Assembly (NCBI GenBank): GCA_048772705.1
Contig: JBLWGC010000182.1
Coordinates: 62,001 to 126,000, forward strand
DNA from: Leidyana gryllorum EB-2025a
Lineage: Eukaryota; Protista; Apicomplexa
DNA: 64,000 bases
Reading direction: 5' to 3'
In this document: positions 46,868 to 59,694 of the stretch, in pieces
Numbering within the stretch: position 1 is the stretch's first letter
How the letters are laid out: each line of letters opens with the position of its first letter
Position numbers and translations under genes: made by a program
Notes under the pieces: model-generated
Told to the model about the DNA's origin: nothing
Database searches by the model: none
The model's input: the letters and a program-made list of their open reading frames with translations, nothing else

Positions 46868-48240
46868 CTATGTACGTGCTGCAGCGGCAGTGGTAATGTG
46901 AGAGAAGTGCTCTTGGAAGATTTCGCGGATGGGTCGATGAGTACCTGGTACTTGGTCACTGGCCTTTGGCGATTTCTTCCAAGATTCGTTACGCATGTCC
47001 CAGGTCCATCGGGGTGTAAAAGTTCGGGGGGTGGTCGACCCTCGGCGGGGTTCGGGTTCAGGATGGTCGCGATCGATGGAGAAGCATTGTACAGCAGCGG
47101 AGGAGGACTGGTCCTGCTCCTTCGTTGAATCGCTCCGATAAAAGTCCATGACGTCTGATTCAGCATTAGTCCATTTGAAGGCGGAGCTTATGGACTGTAG
47201 AAATCGCGGCGGCTTCTGGGACACAGGCCCTGGAGGATCGTACTGATCTTCGGCTTCAACCTGACGCCTCTGCCGAGCTGAAGTGGGGCGTAAGGAGTCC
47301 ATTCAGATTGCCAGAAGCAGTGGCACAGTCAATGCACAAAGTGTCACATAACCCGAGATCTTAAAAGAGAGGGAGTCATACTCACCTTCGTCGCGTAGTG
47401 CACGGATATTGACGATAAGATGTGCTTCGAGTCGATGTCTTTCCTTGATGGTGGGGAAGTTTACCACACATTTAGAGTGACTGGGTGACAGAGTAAAGCG
47501 ATCTCGTAGAAATGTGTCAAGTTGTTGGGGTGAAGGGACGTTTTCGTTGTCATCTTCGTCGTTCTCTTCGGCGGTAACGCTCAAGCGAGAGTTGAAATCG
47601 CTCGAAAGGAGTCCGAAGGTTGCCACTCTGGCATCGTCAGTCCGCCGTATCAGGGGGTAAATGGCGTCAGCTAAAGACCGATCTTCAAAGACCTGCCCAT
47701 AGTTGGAGAAGGTGAGTCGACTCGAACCCTTTTGCACTCACTGCTAAGGGGTAACCGCCTTCTTGGGGAGACGTGAGCCCAACCGCAATGTGTCGTGGAG
47801 TGAGTGAAAGTACCGCCGCGCATTTGAGTGACTTTTGAGGGGCAATGGCTGTCTCGTTGAGGGCCCCCAGTACAGCAAGATCTATCCCCAGCCAGCGACC
47901 AAACGATGAGACCCATCTGCGGACCCATCCAACGGGGAGCTCGGTCTTCTCAAATACTATAGATGTCGGAGAAAGGCACAGTCGCAAAGCCTTTGCGTTT
48001 AACAGGGCTGCAAAGAGTGTTGGCTGCCAGAACAGAACGCTTGTGTGGCGGTTTTGGGGGGGCATCCGTCTTACCACTAGGCGCTGTCACAGTGCTGGTC
48101 ACTCCCTTGTTGGAAATAGGAGTGGAGCCTACCTTGGAGTCCTGTCGTCGGTTCAGCGTCGTAGCTCGCGGAAGATTGGCAGTCCATTCTTCTGCTAACA
48201 TGTGACCTTTTTTGACGCTCGGCGGCCCTTCACTCTCCAT
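46868..48240 (-). CDS. Hypothetical protein, multi-exon (structure uncertain)
   Basis: Chain of minus-strand ORFs (47950-48240, 47303-47737, 46868-47302) with short GT-AG gaps; no recognised motif. Confidence 0.45.
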
Positions 48241-48415
48241 ACGTACAGGGTTAAATGCCCTCTTTATATCTATACCCTACGTGACCCGACCTGCTTGCGT
48301 GAGTGACTGGGTGGGGGGTCATGACTGATGTGTTGGTCGATCTGACGACCGTTATAGCATAGGCTTTTGTCTGTGTATGAGAGAACGAAGAAGCTGGGCA
48401 CTACGAGCAAACTAT

Positions 48416-49198
48416 TCAAACAGTAATTAGCTTTATGCCTTCTTTCGTGACGGCTTTGGCAACGAAAGTGGATTGAGAGATGAGGAAACGCTCCCGTAAC
48501 TCGACCACACATTTCTGCAGCAACTGCACGGCCTCCTCAAAGGTCATATCCTGAGCATTAGGGAGCGGCGATCAATTTGAAGAGCTCCCGCGACTCACCG
48601 GTTTGTAGTATCTATCCAGAAGACCGCGAATGAAGTGACCGCCATAGCCATGAGCCGCGTGGCTACTCGGGCAGATAGTTCCGAACCAGTCCAGCCAGTA
48701 CATTTTAGCAGTATTGTCAGCCTTGTCCCACCCGGCTAGAATGGTGTCCACCTGGTAGGGTCCCTGCCTCAGAGCCTCTGACAACTCGGTTCTGTGGAGC
48801 AAGAGTGGAAACTGTCCAGTCAAGACACCAAGCCAGCTCACCTTGCAAAGTTAGCAGCAGCATGAGGTCTAATACTCTCACCGTGGTTCCTCAACCGGTG
48901 AAGGTGGAGGTTCCGTTGGATGTATTCGCCAAAGGCGCACCGGTCAGCAGTCTCTCCCGCTGTGGCCAATAGTTTATCCCCATCGATTTCGTATATTTTG
49001 TCTTGGTTCTTCTGCACAGAGAAGACAGAATGTGGGGTGAGGTGACGCAAATTAGGGGCAGGTGGACCACTCCACCGACCCCCCCGCCCAACACAAGGGA
49101 AGGAGGCTCACCTGGAGGCGAATGATAGAGTACTGAACGTAGGCGTCAGTCGCTACCAAAGCAAAATCCTTAGTGGAGATGCCGATGACAGTGTCCAT
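48416..49198 (-). CDS. PSMB2: 20S proteasome subunit beta-4 (PSMB2/Pre1), 4 exons
   Basis: MDTVIGI..KDF, DKI, FGEYIQRNL, AAANFAR, PYQV..LAGWD, AHGYG..LLDRYYKP. Confidence 0.93.
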
Positions 49199-49244
49199 GG
49201 TTATCTTCAAAGAAATTTGGAGTTAGGTAGCATGAATTAGAGCC

Positions 49245-50836
49245 ATGTCGGGGAGGACAGGAGCAACAAATAACGATGAGCCCTCTAAGGTCTCCACGCA
49301 GACTGGAAACTCCACTCCCACGGTCAACTCCAGCTTGAGCGGCTTTGCTCTGCCATCTAAGAAGCTGGTGAACAAGGGCAATGAGGAGGATGCAATGGTG
49401 TATGAACGCATTGACCGGGTGGTCCCTAATCTCCGAGATATATCTATAAGTGCAGAAATGAAGGATATGAGAGCTGGTTTGCTGTATAGAAGCGCCCGAC
49501 CCTTCAGCACAAGTTTCGTTGCGGTTTCTGAGGTCTATAAGGATCTATTGCGGATACACACCATCATCGACTTGCGCGATGATGACCTCTCGGCTATACC
49601 CGAGGAGCTGACCTCGCGGGCCACTCTCAGTCACTTCTACGAACCTTTTAGCGTCACCGCCAGCCGCCCCAAAACACCGACTCCCAAGGAGGTATCCTCC
49701 ACCTCCGCTCCTCCCAGTCCTATTGGCACCCAGGAAGCTAAGCCTTCCCCATCAATTCATGATGTTCCTGACTCCTTCGAAGATCCACCGCCTCCTCGCA
49801 GCAAAACACACAATTTCATTGCAAAGACAGCTAACAAAGCACACCGCACAGTGTCGCACAAACCCCAAACCCTCGTTGATGCTCAAGGTTTTCCCGTTCG
49901 GGATTCATATGTGGCTAAAATCCGTTCCCGAAGGCCCGAATTGACGCCTGAAATTGTGCAGGAGCTCGTAACCGACCCTCAAATGCGCCCTGTTTGTGAT
50001 CTCGTCGCCAATGTGGACCCCAATCTGCCTAGAATGCTCATCGTCAATATCTTCGAGTAGGTGTACACGATCGATGGCTATGGACACAATGGTCTCTCTC
50101 TGTTCCTCCAGTACTCCAGAGTTCAAGAAAAGGGTAATGGAGACTGTCACTGCATCACCGTACCTGCCAATGATTGCTATGGCCAAGATGACAGACAAAC
50201 TCACAGGGACAGCTTACGCTCCCTTCTACTTTTGTAAATACATCATCTCGGCCCACGATCTCTACGACTCTTACGTGCAGATGCTTCAATGCTGTAAGTC
50301 TCGCAACTGCTTTGACTGGCGCAATCATTCGTTCTTACACCTCAATTGCTTCCTCCTGCCCCACCTCACTTCTCTCTCCGATCTGTAGGTGGAACGAACT
50401 TTGCGCTAGCCATGAAGTTAGTGGCTCTGGCAACGCGTCCTGTGTTATTCCACTGTTCACTGGGCAAAGACCGAACCGGTCTCTTGTCAATGCTGATATT
50501 GTCAGTGTTGGGAGCACATCCCTCAGGGATCATCTTTGACTTCACATTAACATCGATGCAAGCCAACGAAGAATTCCGAGCATACATACAAAAGTAAGCT
50601 ATCTTCCAACATTGGTGTCGCACAAATGTTGTCTTGACAGATTTGTAGTGGAGTATTCTGGACTGCCAAAAGGCTTTGGGGATGCATCGGTAGACGCTAT
50701 AGGGCGCACTCTTGATTATCTGCGGAACACACACGGCTCAGTCACCAATTACTTGGATACCATCGGTTTTACGGCCCCCTGGAGAGCGTTGCTTCGCCGA
50801 AGATATCTTTCGACACCTTCCACAACGGGTTCTTAG
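49245..50836 (+). CDS. Protein tyrosine/dual-specificity phosphatase (Y_phosphatase3/IphP-like), multi-exon
   Basis: NLRD, LYRSA, TIIDLR, PVLFHCSLGKDRTG, HGSVTNYLDTIG. Confidence 0.85.
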
Positions 50837-50855
50837 AAAGAAAGCATTGTTTTCC

Positions 50856-51648
50856 ATGACCATGTTGTGTGCTGTGGACGAAAACACCTTCTTCCTCTGT
50901 AACCCCCCCGCCGACCCCTGGGCAGAGATCGTCTGGCCAGCGGCCCTCAACATTCGATCGGTCCTCAGACTCAAGTGAGTTAGTTCACACTCTCTTCTGT
51001 CCATTAAGTTCTCTTCAATCAGGGACATCGCCCCTCCAGGAGCCCTAACTGAGGTACGTCCATCTATCGCCACTCAATTGAGTATCACTTATTGCCTCGC
51101 AGAGGTGAGAGAAAGCCTGCCTCGACATACTTTACAGAGCTTTGAATGACAGAAGATTGAATCAACTTGATAGCACACAGTTCCGATCAAGCCGACGCCA
51201 ATGGCCACAGACTGCGAGAACACGAGGATGCCATAGTGCTCGACTGAGTCAAGCTGGTGCATTCAATGTCAGCGCGGAGATGGACCGATCACCGATGTCG
51301 GCCGCTCCTTACCAGGTACAAGTGCGCGACATTGATGGGGGAGCCTCCCCGTCACCTTCTCCAGTATCGGAGGCGCAGTGAGTGTTGAGATGCACCGATC
51401 TTGTCACACACTGTCGTCCTTATAGGATCAGCGGGCGTTCGTCGGATCGCATCAGGGCTCTACAGGCTTCATTGGGAGGTGATCTTCTAACTGCGCGTCA
51501 TGGCAAAGCACCCCCAATGAGTGCCCCTTTTCTCGTGAGTCATCGGGTCGCATTTTCCTACCTTGGTTCTTAGCAATCTGGAGCTCTAACTGTCGGCTCA
51601 GCCGAGAACTTAAATGCATCTCTCAGTCCGTTGGCCCTGGTCGGATAA
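50856..51648 (+). CDS. Possible small multi-exon hypothetical gene
   Basis: Several gtgag..ag short introns link short open segments; no recognised motif. Confidence 0.35.
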
Positions 51649-51752
51649 CTTCGTCATTAGTATGACATTTGACCGATCACAAAAGCTCTAGCTGTGTTAC
51701 CTGTGTTCGACCGAAACTGTTTCATTGACAAAAAGTAGAGCTGCCCTTCGAA

Positions 51753-54510
51753 ATGGCAGGAACAGGTCAACTTGAACCCATCGATACTCAAAGTTTGATA
51801 GGCCTGGCTGAGTTCCGACGCGGATTCGAACACTTTATCCTCACCTTCACACTCAATGGTCAGTTCATTCTAGATGGCACACTCCGAGACACGCATGTGT
51901 TCCAGGCACCAACTATGTGTACAAGGATCAGGTTCGAGCCCTATGCGTGCAGCCTTTCCTGGCTTATATGACTGATGATGATTTGACGGGTGAAGAAGCG
52001 GCCAATAATTTGAATGACGAAGACCCTGGCGAAGAACAGAAGATGATATTGAGTGTGAACACAGAACACTTTAAAATGCGACATTGGGTACCTGGAAGCA
52101 TAGATCAGTCCGGCGGAGCGGGTGGGCCTTCACAAGCGGCCCAAAGCGGTCGTCCTCAATATCACAATTGGAATCCTAATGATCTGGCCGATCTACAACG
52201 CTGTTGTTTAGGGCTTTATGATGCCATGACTTTGCTTCCGTTTAAGTACCTGCCCATTGCTGAAATAGTTGTCAGGGACGTCTATGTCCTCTTGGAATAT
52301 GCCAGTCGTCCTATGTTGCAGATCGGGACACAAGAGATCAGCTCGTCTGATCTTTTGGAAGAAACTTTCCTTCACGGTGTCGAGCGGGTCATCGGTGTCA
52401 TTCCTGGTGCTGCCGCGCTCCGGTCTCGGTTGTTACCCTTTCAAGTTGGATTGCTCCACAGAGAGAGCCCAGTGCCAATCCGGAAGCTTAAGTCCACATC
52501 GATTGAGAGACTGGTAGTGATTCCGGGCATTGTCATCCAAGCAACGAGGCCATATCTCAAAGCTGTGACATTGGTGATCCAATGTAAGGATTGTGGCAAT
52601 AGGAAAGTGCTCCGCGTACCTCCATGGAAGCAAGGTACTGCACTGCCACGAAACTGCGACGGCGGTAGCTCCGCACCTGGGGGCACCGGAGGAGGAGGGC
52701 CCGGCGAAAGCACTGAGCGATGCAGTATGGATCCGTATCAAGTGATAGCCGAGGAATGCAAGTATATCGACGTACAAACCTTGAAGATGCAGGAACTCCC
52801 CGACGATGTTCCTACTGGAGACATTCCACGTCATCTTCAGCTGAATGCAACAAGTGCCCTTGTCAACAAAGCCACAGCTGGAAGTCGAGTGCTTGTATGT
52901 GGAGTCTATAGTGCTTTCGACGGTGGAGCTGCCAGAGGTGGCAACCGAGGGACAAACACCATAGAGTCTGCTGTGCGGTCTGGATATCTTCATGTATTGG
53001 GAATGGAGCATATTACTCGGGAGATGGTTTCTAATGTATACGATGTGGTTGGCGGAGGAGTTCCACGCAGTTTCGTAATGTCGAGTGGCGCGGGTTTTTC
53101 TGCTGCCGAAGTAGAATTGTTCCACCGCATGGCAGCTATGCCGGACATCATAGATCAGATTTCGGCCTCCATTGCTCCTAGTATTTATGGTGTCCCAGAT
53201 ATCAAGCGGTCAGTAGCCTGCATGCTGTTTGGTGGTTCCCGTAAGTATCTGGCCGATGGAAGCAGCCTGAGGGGAGACATTCACTTGCTGTTACTGGGTG
53301 ATCCATCAACAGCGAAGAGTCAAGTACTCAAGTTTGTTGAGCGTGCAGCACCCATCGCAGTATATACGAGTGGCAAGGGCAGCAGTGCAGCTGGACTTAC
53401 GGCCGCGTTGGTGCGAGATAACAGCGGGAATTATGCTTTGGAGGGCGGAGCAATGGTGTTGGCAGACGGTGGGGTGGTATGCATTGACGAGTTTGACAAG
53501 ATGCGAGATGACGATCGTGTTGCGATCCATGAAGCCATGGAGCAGCAGACCATTTCCATCGCCAAGGCAGGTGAGAAGAAAGCTGTGATTGAATCCGTTG
53601 GTACCTGCCGCCCCCGTCAGGAATCAATACTGTGTTGACAACCCAATGCGCTGTGGTGGCGGCAGCCAACCCGACCTTTGGATGCTATGACGATACCAAA
53701 GATGCTTCTGAGCAACATAACTTCGAGGCGACCATTCTGTCCAGGTGAGATTGTCTGGTCTCTGCGTCTCGTTATGGCAGTGTTCAGGTTTGATTGCATT
53801 TGGTTAGTTAGAGACGAACGAGACGTGGAGAAAGACCGCGTTTTGGCTCAACATATCTTCTCATTGTACACAGTATGTGACTGGGTGTCGGTAGCTGCCT
53901 GCCTCAAATGGGGTGTCTCTTCTTCTTGCAGGGAGCTAAGGGCGCCGGGAGCAGTCTCGGTGAAGGGCCGATCCCTCTGAAGACTTTGCGAGCTTATCTC
54001 TCGTATTGCAGAGCACATTGTCACCCGCGATTATCCACGGAAGCAGCCAAGCGGTTGGAGAACTTTTATGTTGAAGTGAGAGAGAAGTGCCGGGTGGATC
54101 GGCGGAGTAAGAGGGATCAGATTCCTATTACTGTGCGGCAGCTTGAGAGTTTGGCCCGGCTGAGCGAATCATTTGCCAAGATGACAATGAGTCCCCAGGC
54201 TACACTGGCTCATGTCGAGGAAGCTATCCGACTGTTCCGTGTGTCTACAGTGGCAACGAGTCAGACCACCATGGGTCAACAAGTTCTCACACCGGAGGAT
54301 GTGGAGAGAGTGAAAAGCTGCGAGGAGGCCCTGTTGCAGCGTTTGCCCATTGGCGGACGGGCTGCGAAGACTACAATAGTGCGGGACTTGAGGATGCGCG
54401 GGTTCGAAGGCGGAGTGATTGCGAAGGCCCTGGCGATATTGATACAGCGGGGTACTTTGGAGGAGCGTGGCGATGCGACCGTTAGACGAGTGCAGATGGG
54501 AAGGATGTAG
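51753..54510 (+). CDS. MCM5: DNA replication licensing factor MCM5, multi-exon
   Basis: CKDC zinc finger, QELPDDVPTGDIPRH, LLGDPSTAKSQ, IDEFDKMRDDDRVAIHEAMEQQTISIAKAG, ITVRQLE. Confidence 0.96.
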
Positions 54511-54528
54511 TCAAAAAAATCAGTGGGA

Positions 54529-55542
54529 ATGGAGCCAATTCCGTCAGTTCTGGCAGCACTCAGCGAAGGACGCAGCTTTCGACCTCTTGAGGCCAGCAAG
54601 GGAGTTCGCAAGACACCGTTTACAAAGGACGGCGAGCGCGATGGTGGTAGACGACTGGAGGAGATCCCTCCGTTGTTCTTTTGTCTGGGACCCCACCAGT
54701 CCCATTCATCAGGGTCTGCCCTTTTCTCCATTGGAGACACGAGAGTCTCGGCCTCGATTTCTGGCCCATCACCCCGAGTTCTGCAGCAACAGCATACCAG
54801 AAACCCCGGAGGCGCTGTCAAGTCTTTTCACCAAAGTTTGGCTTCCAGTTTCCTGAACTCCGTGTCAGCAACGGCTGCCTCGCGCGTTGATGCCTCTTTG
54901 GAACTCAATATTGAGTTTGCCCCCTTCGCAGGGGCCTCGAAAGACCTCCACTCCCAACGGAGTGAGTTGCCTAACTTTATATCAGCGTCTTTGCAAGCTG
55001 TGACCGGAGACTATGACGAACAAGTGAACGAGAAACAGGAGAACCGGGCGTTGGCAGAAGCCATTATGGAGACACTGCGGTCGACGATTCGCACCAACGC
55101 GTATCCAGACACAACTATTGAGATCAACGTGATGGTTTTGAAGAGGACCACAACCGGTAGTCTGTATGCCACAATCATCAACGCCATCTCTCTGGCACTG
55201 ATGGAAGCTCGAGTAGCAATGAATGACGTATTGGCAGCGTCGGTTGCGTATGCGGTGTCTCTCCCCGGGGACTTGAGGCCACGGGTGTGTTTGCACTTGG
55301 AAGACAATGAATTGGAGGCAGCTGCACAAGGGCACGCAAAAATCACCCATGTTGCACTGGGCCTTCTGACTAATCGTCGTCTAGTTGCATACTTGGATAT
55401 GGTGGGTGTGGACTTCAAGGACCCAATAGATCAGGAGCTGCTGCAAATGGCTGAGAGCTCCTGTATAGCCATCGGGAGAGAACTCGGACGATGCATCGAA
55501 GCAGCTGACGCTTCTTCACCGTCCACCAAGGACAGGATATAA
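54529..55542 (+). CDS. Exosome RNase PH-like subunit (Rrp41/Mtr3 class)
   Basis: RDGGRR..E, GSALFSIGDTRVSASISGP, EFAPFA, YP.TTIEI.V.VL, INAISLAL. Confidence 0.85.
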   Translation: MEPIPSVLAALSEGRSFRPLEASKGVRKTPFTKDGERDGGRRLEEIPPLFFCLGPHQSHSSGSALFSIGDTRVSASISGPSPRVLQQQHTRNPGGAVKSFHQSLASSFLNSVSATAASRVDASLELNIEFAPFAGASKDLHSQRSELPNFISASLQAVTGDYDEQVNEKQENRALAEAIMETLRSTIRTNAYPDTTIEINVMVLKRTTTGSLYATIINAISLALMEARVAMNDVLAASVAYAVSLPGDLRPRVCLHLEDNELEAAAQGHAKITHVALGLLTNRRLVAYLDMVGVDFKDPIDQELLQMAESSCIAIGRELGRCIEAADASSPSTKDRI

Positions 55543-55590
55543 AAGGGAGGGGCGGCGCGAGCTGCTGATTTATAGTCAGTAGTCTGTCAA

Positions 55591-58467
55591 TCAATCTGTC
55601 GAGTCGTCCATATCGTATTCAATTTCGAAGGTCCGCATAATTCCATCACTGCCAGCTGACAGTATGATGTTGTTGAAAAGAAACCTGCGGGTGCGCCGAC
55701 GATCAGAAGAAGACTTTATCGGAATACTTACTTTACAAAAGCTACGGAGCCGGAGTGGAGGTCTTTGACCGAAATAGACTTGTAGGTGTTCTCAATATCC
55801 CACACATAAATCTCATTGGTGGACGCCGAGACCAACTTGGTCCCATCTGGAGACCAGTTGAGCGCGGCCACACGAGTTGAATGGTAATTCCATTCATTCA
55901 TTATTGCAAACTGTGGAAAGTGGTCGTCGAAGTTGAGACATCTATTACCTGACGTGTTTCGACCTCCAACACCTGAACATTCCGAGAGAGGTCTACGCAA
56001 GCCAATAAGCTTCCTTCCTGGTTCAGCGAAAGAGCAGTAATTTCGGATTGATGATGATCCAACACGCAAATGAACCGGAAACCATCCAGATCACTAGCCG
56101 AGTCGATCTCATAGAGTTCTGCAACAGACAATCAGCCGGAAACCTTCCAAAGCTTTCAAACCCACCAATCAAGGGTTTCGTTGTATCAACACCTTGTTCA
56201 TTTTCCTCGCCTCCAGAACCGCCTTCGTTGGCATCCCCAAACTTGCTCGTGGGGTACTCCTCACAAGGCCATAAGGCCACAGCCAACAATGATCCGTCCG
56301 GAGTAGCCGTTACACATGTTGGCTTGCCCAGAAGGACGACGGTCCATTCCGAGGTAAAGTCATCTTGGGCGATCCCGCCCGACCCGGCCTCAAGAGCTGC
56401 ACACACACACACACACAGTGGCGCAGACGTCCGGGTTTGAGCGGCCCACCTTTCTCCACAGAATACACCGAGAGAGTGCCATCAACACAGAAGAGAGCGA
56501 TGTACCGTCCTTCGTCGAGGAACACCAACCTGAGAGGCACTTTCTCAACCTGACTTGTAGCCGCCAGAACAAACTCCTGCCGTGTCTATCGAGAGATGAG
56601 GGCGGTTGTTTCTTTGTTTTCGTTTCCGTTGACTTACTGCAGAAGTATAGACGGCAGCTGCATTATTGGATTGATTCTCCAAATTCCGTCGTACTCGATC
56701 CTTCATGTCCCCCGACTTGATCTGCAAGATGAGGCAGGTCTCGATCGATCGAGGAACGACCTCTCACATTGGTTGTTTTGACGCTGTATATCCGTAAGCA
56801 CCCATCCGCAGTTACGGCCGCAGCACATTTCTCGCTCAAGATGCACGACTTGACAGTGACATCTTTATCCATTCGACTGACCTGGAAGGCCGAGGGTACT
56901 AGTTTTTGGCAGTTGTCAGAGCGAATCAGTCAACATTCTGTTACTCACCAGTTTGAGTTGTTGAAAGGAACATAACGAAGCCGAGGGTGGTGCCAACCAT
57001 CAGATTTCCAGTCGACTGATCAAAGTCGACCGCTGAGGGAGCACCGCGCGGCCCAAACCAGGTAAAATCTGCTTCAGGTTGAAGCTTTGGGACGATGGAG
57101 GTGACTGTTGGTGATATGGGGGTCACCGGTACCTCTGCATCTTCTTTCCCGCCATCGTCGGTATCTTGCACAGATAGGGAATGCACAAAGTCATGTAGAC
57201 CTTCCTCTAATTGCAGCAACTCCGCCTTCTCCGAGGTTGCTGGCTTCGTTCCTTTGGGCTCTTCCAACTTCCACCCCTTCAAGTGGCCTCCAGCGCAAAC
57301 GATAACGATCCAATGACGAAGCGACCAGCAGATGCCTTTCTACACAAAACGTTTCCGGCGACCAGTCACAGTCGCTCCTCACTGGCAGATCATCGGGGCC
57401 TTGGCCACACTGTATGGTTTGGAGCACATCGAGATCCTCTCGCTTGAATATCCGAATTACGCCATCATTGCTGACTGTTGCCACATACGCAGAGGCTGGG
57501 TCCCAGGCCAAGTCGAAGAGGAGTGGCGTGCCTTCCACTGTAGTACACCTGGTGAGTCACACAAGTTGCCATTGCCATTGCCAAATAGAGAGTTGGGTGG
57601 GCTTACGCCAAGTTCTCAACTGTATCTGCGTGCCAGATGGCGAGATTTCCCTTCACCGTGCAGGTTGCGATGTAGTCGCCGCATGGGGAATATCGTGCAG
57701 CAGTTATAGCTTCGTCGTGAGCCTCGTGGGTTGAGGTCAGTTTGAAAGGGGGACCATCATGTAGGCATAAAAGTCCGTCCATCCCGACGGTCATTACTGT
57801 AAAGGGTTTCTTGGGCCGGAATTGGACTCCCTGGATTCCTTTGGTATGGCCGGTTATCTGGCCGACCGCCATTCCGCCGTCGAGCAGAATGATCGACGCC
57901 AATCTGTTGTTGAAGGGAGTAGTAAGTAGTTCGGGAGGTCCGTCTTTGTGTTGGAGTCCTACTTTTTCGAGTATCTGTCGACGCCGACTATCGCAATCCG
58001 CCGGGAGTCCGGGCTGATGGCGACATCAGTCAATCTGACATATTGGAGACGGTCCAGTTTGTAGGTCTCAAAGGTGGTTCCAGACCGCCCGATCATCCAC
58101 ACGTAGCAGTTTCCATCATTATCTATAGCGGCGACGAGTATGGCGGAGTGAGGGCGTGCCCCAATGTGTCTCACCTCCAGCAACGATAGCTTTGTTGTTG
58201 GGCGCGATAGTAGCACAGGTCACCTGCTCGCGTGTACACACAGTCAGTCTGTGCGGAAGAATAGCTTACAGGACGCTTGGTGCCCACATATGTTTCCACG
58301 GGTTGGTATATGAAGGAAGTTTGGTCAGGCAAACATCTGACTACCACTCCGTTTCCACTGCCGTATGCAACTCGCTGTCCACTGGTGGAGCAGGTGTATA
58401 GATGTAAAGGATACTTGGCGTCTAGATGAGGTTGGGGTGGGATGGCACCAATCAGTTGAGCACTCAT
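55591..58467 (-). CDS. WDR1: Actin-interacting protein 1 (AIP1/WDR1), multi-exon WD40 protein
   Basis: GQITGHTK.I..V.FRPKKPF...DGPPFKL, RYSPCG, WNYHSTRVAALNWSPDG. Confidence 0.8.
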
Positions 58468-58491
58468 GATATGGCAGAAACGAAAAAGGAT

Positions 58492-59647
58492 CTAGATTGC
58501 AGGATTCTTCCGTCCTTCTCGTTCAGCTTGCCACTGGTGCAAGTTCCTAGCTGCTTGAACACCACCTGAGGTGACTAAGTGCGCGTTTATTTCCGTTTCC
58601 TTGACGCTACCAGGCGAAATCAACGGAGGAGCTCGGAATCCACCTACCTTCCCAAGCTGCTGTAACCTCGATTATACAACTCGCAATAGGGCAGGTTAAA
58701 TTTGGTTAGGAAATCCCATATCATGCCTGGCGAGACTTTGTTGTCACTTTGCTGTCACTTACCATACGACCAGTGAAGCACTGGATGTATCCGCATAAAG
58801 CTGGCTGGCAATACCCATGTACTGGAAGGCTCAAAGGTTTCTACACCCTCGGAATTCGGGTCTCCTTGACGTAAACCTGTTATTATAGGACAATGTGGTG
58901 GAGGCCGTCGCTCAGCTTCGCGTACCAATTAGAAAGGCAACATGTGAAGGAGTACCGCACGGGTCTTTCCGCTGTAATTCCTCTATACACGGAACTATTT
59001 GTTCACGGTAAGAACCAATGTGTGTACTGCCGCGAGTGAGACGGGTGGCCCTTAGCGCCACCAAAGATGCCTCCCTCACCTTAGGTCGAGGTCGTTGTCA
59101 CCCGTCTGCTCCTGGATAAAAGAGACGACCTCGGGAAAGTCGTGGCCCTCCTGAGAAAAGTAGACAGCACGGGGACGTTCAAAGGCTTGGTTCGCCTCTG
59201 ATGACTGACGATACGTATTAGCCAGGCAGGCCAGATAAAGGAAAAGAACCACTGTTGCATCCTTCCCGCCGTTGAAAGAAGCCGCAAGCCGAGTGGGTCC
59301 ATACAGTCTATTGCAGAGAAATAGCCATCAAAGTGCTGAGACAGACTCACCGCAAAGCACCTTCTATACTGTCCAGTGACTTCCCGAGCAACCGGTGGTC
59401 GAGATATGGAAATGCCTCCTTGTCTGCCTCTGACAGTCCATTCTTCGCTACGTCCTTCAGCCCATCATATAAGGCGAGGGACTTATAGAAGGCAGACGCT
59501 TCCCAGACAGGCGACCCTACGATGGTGGCATTGCTCCAAACAAAGTGCTTCTCGTGACTTTACTGTACCTCCCGTGGTCACTGGACACGTTTGCATTGAC
59601 ACATTGAACCTCTCTACCAGCCGAGGAACAGCCACAGCGGGGGTCAT
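58492..59647 (-). CDS. FAD1: FAD synthase (PAPS-reductase family), multi-exon; not evident in the ORF track; start uncertain (59596/59647/59686)
   Basis: Spliced frames give ASFNGGKDATV, DFPEV, GLRQGDP, FMRIHPVLHWSYG.IWDFL, PYCELYNRGYSSLG, EREGR. Confidence 0.88.
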
Positions 59648-59694
59648 TGAGGTTATAGCCCAAGAAAGAAGAAAAGTTTGAAGCATATCTGATA

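Noticed and set aside
58500-59080. Apparent ORF-free gap that looked like a second ncRNA locus
   Set aside because: It is filled by short minus-strand exons of FAD synthase
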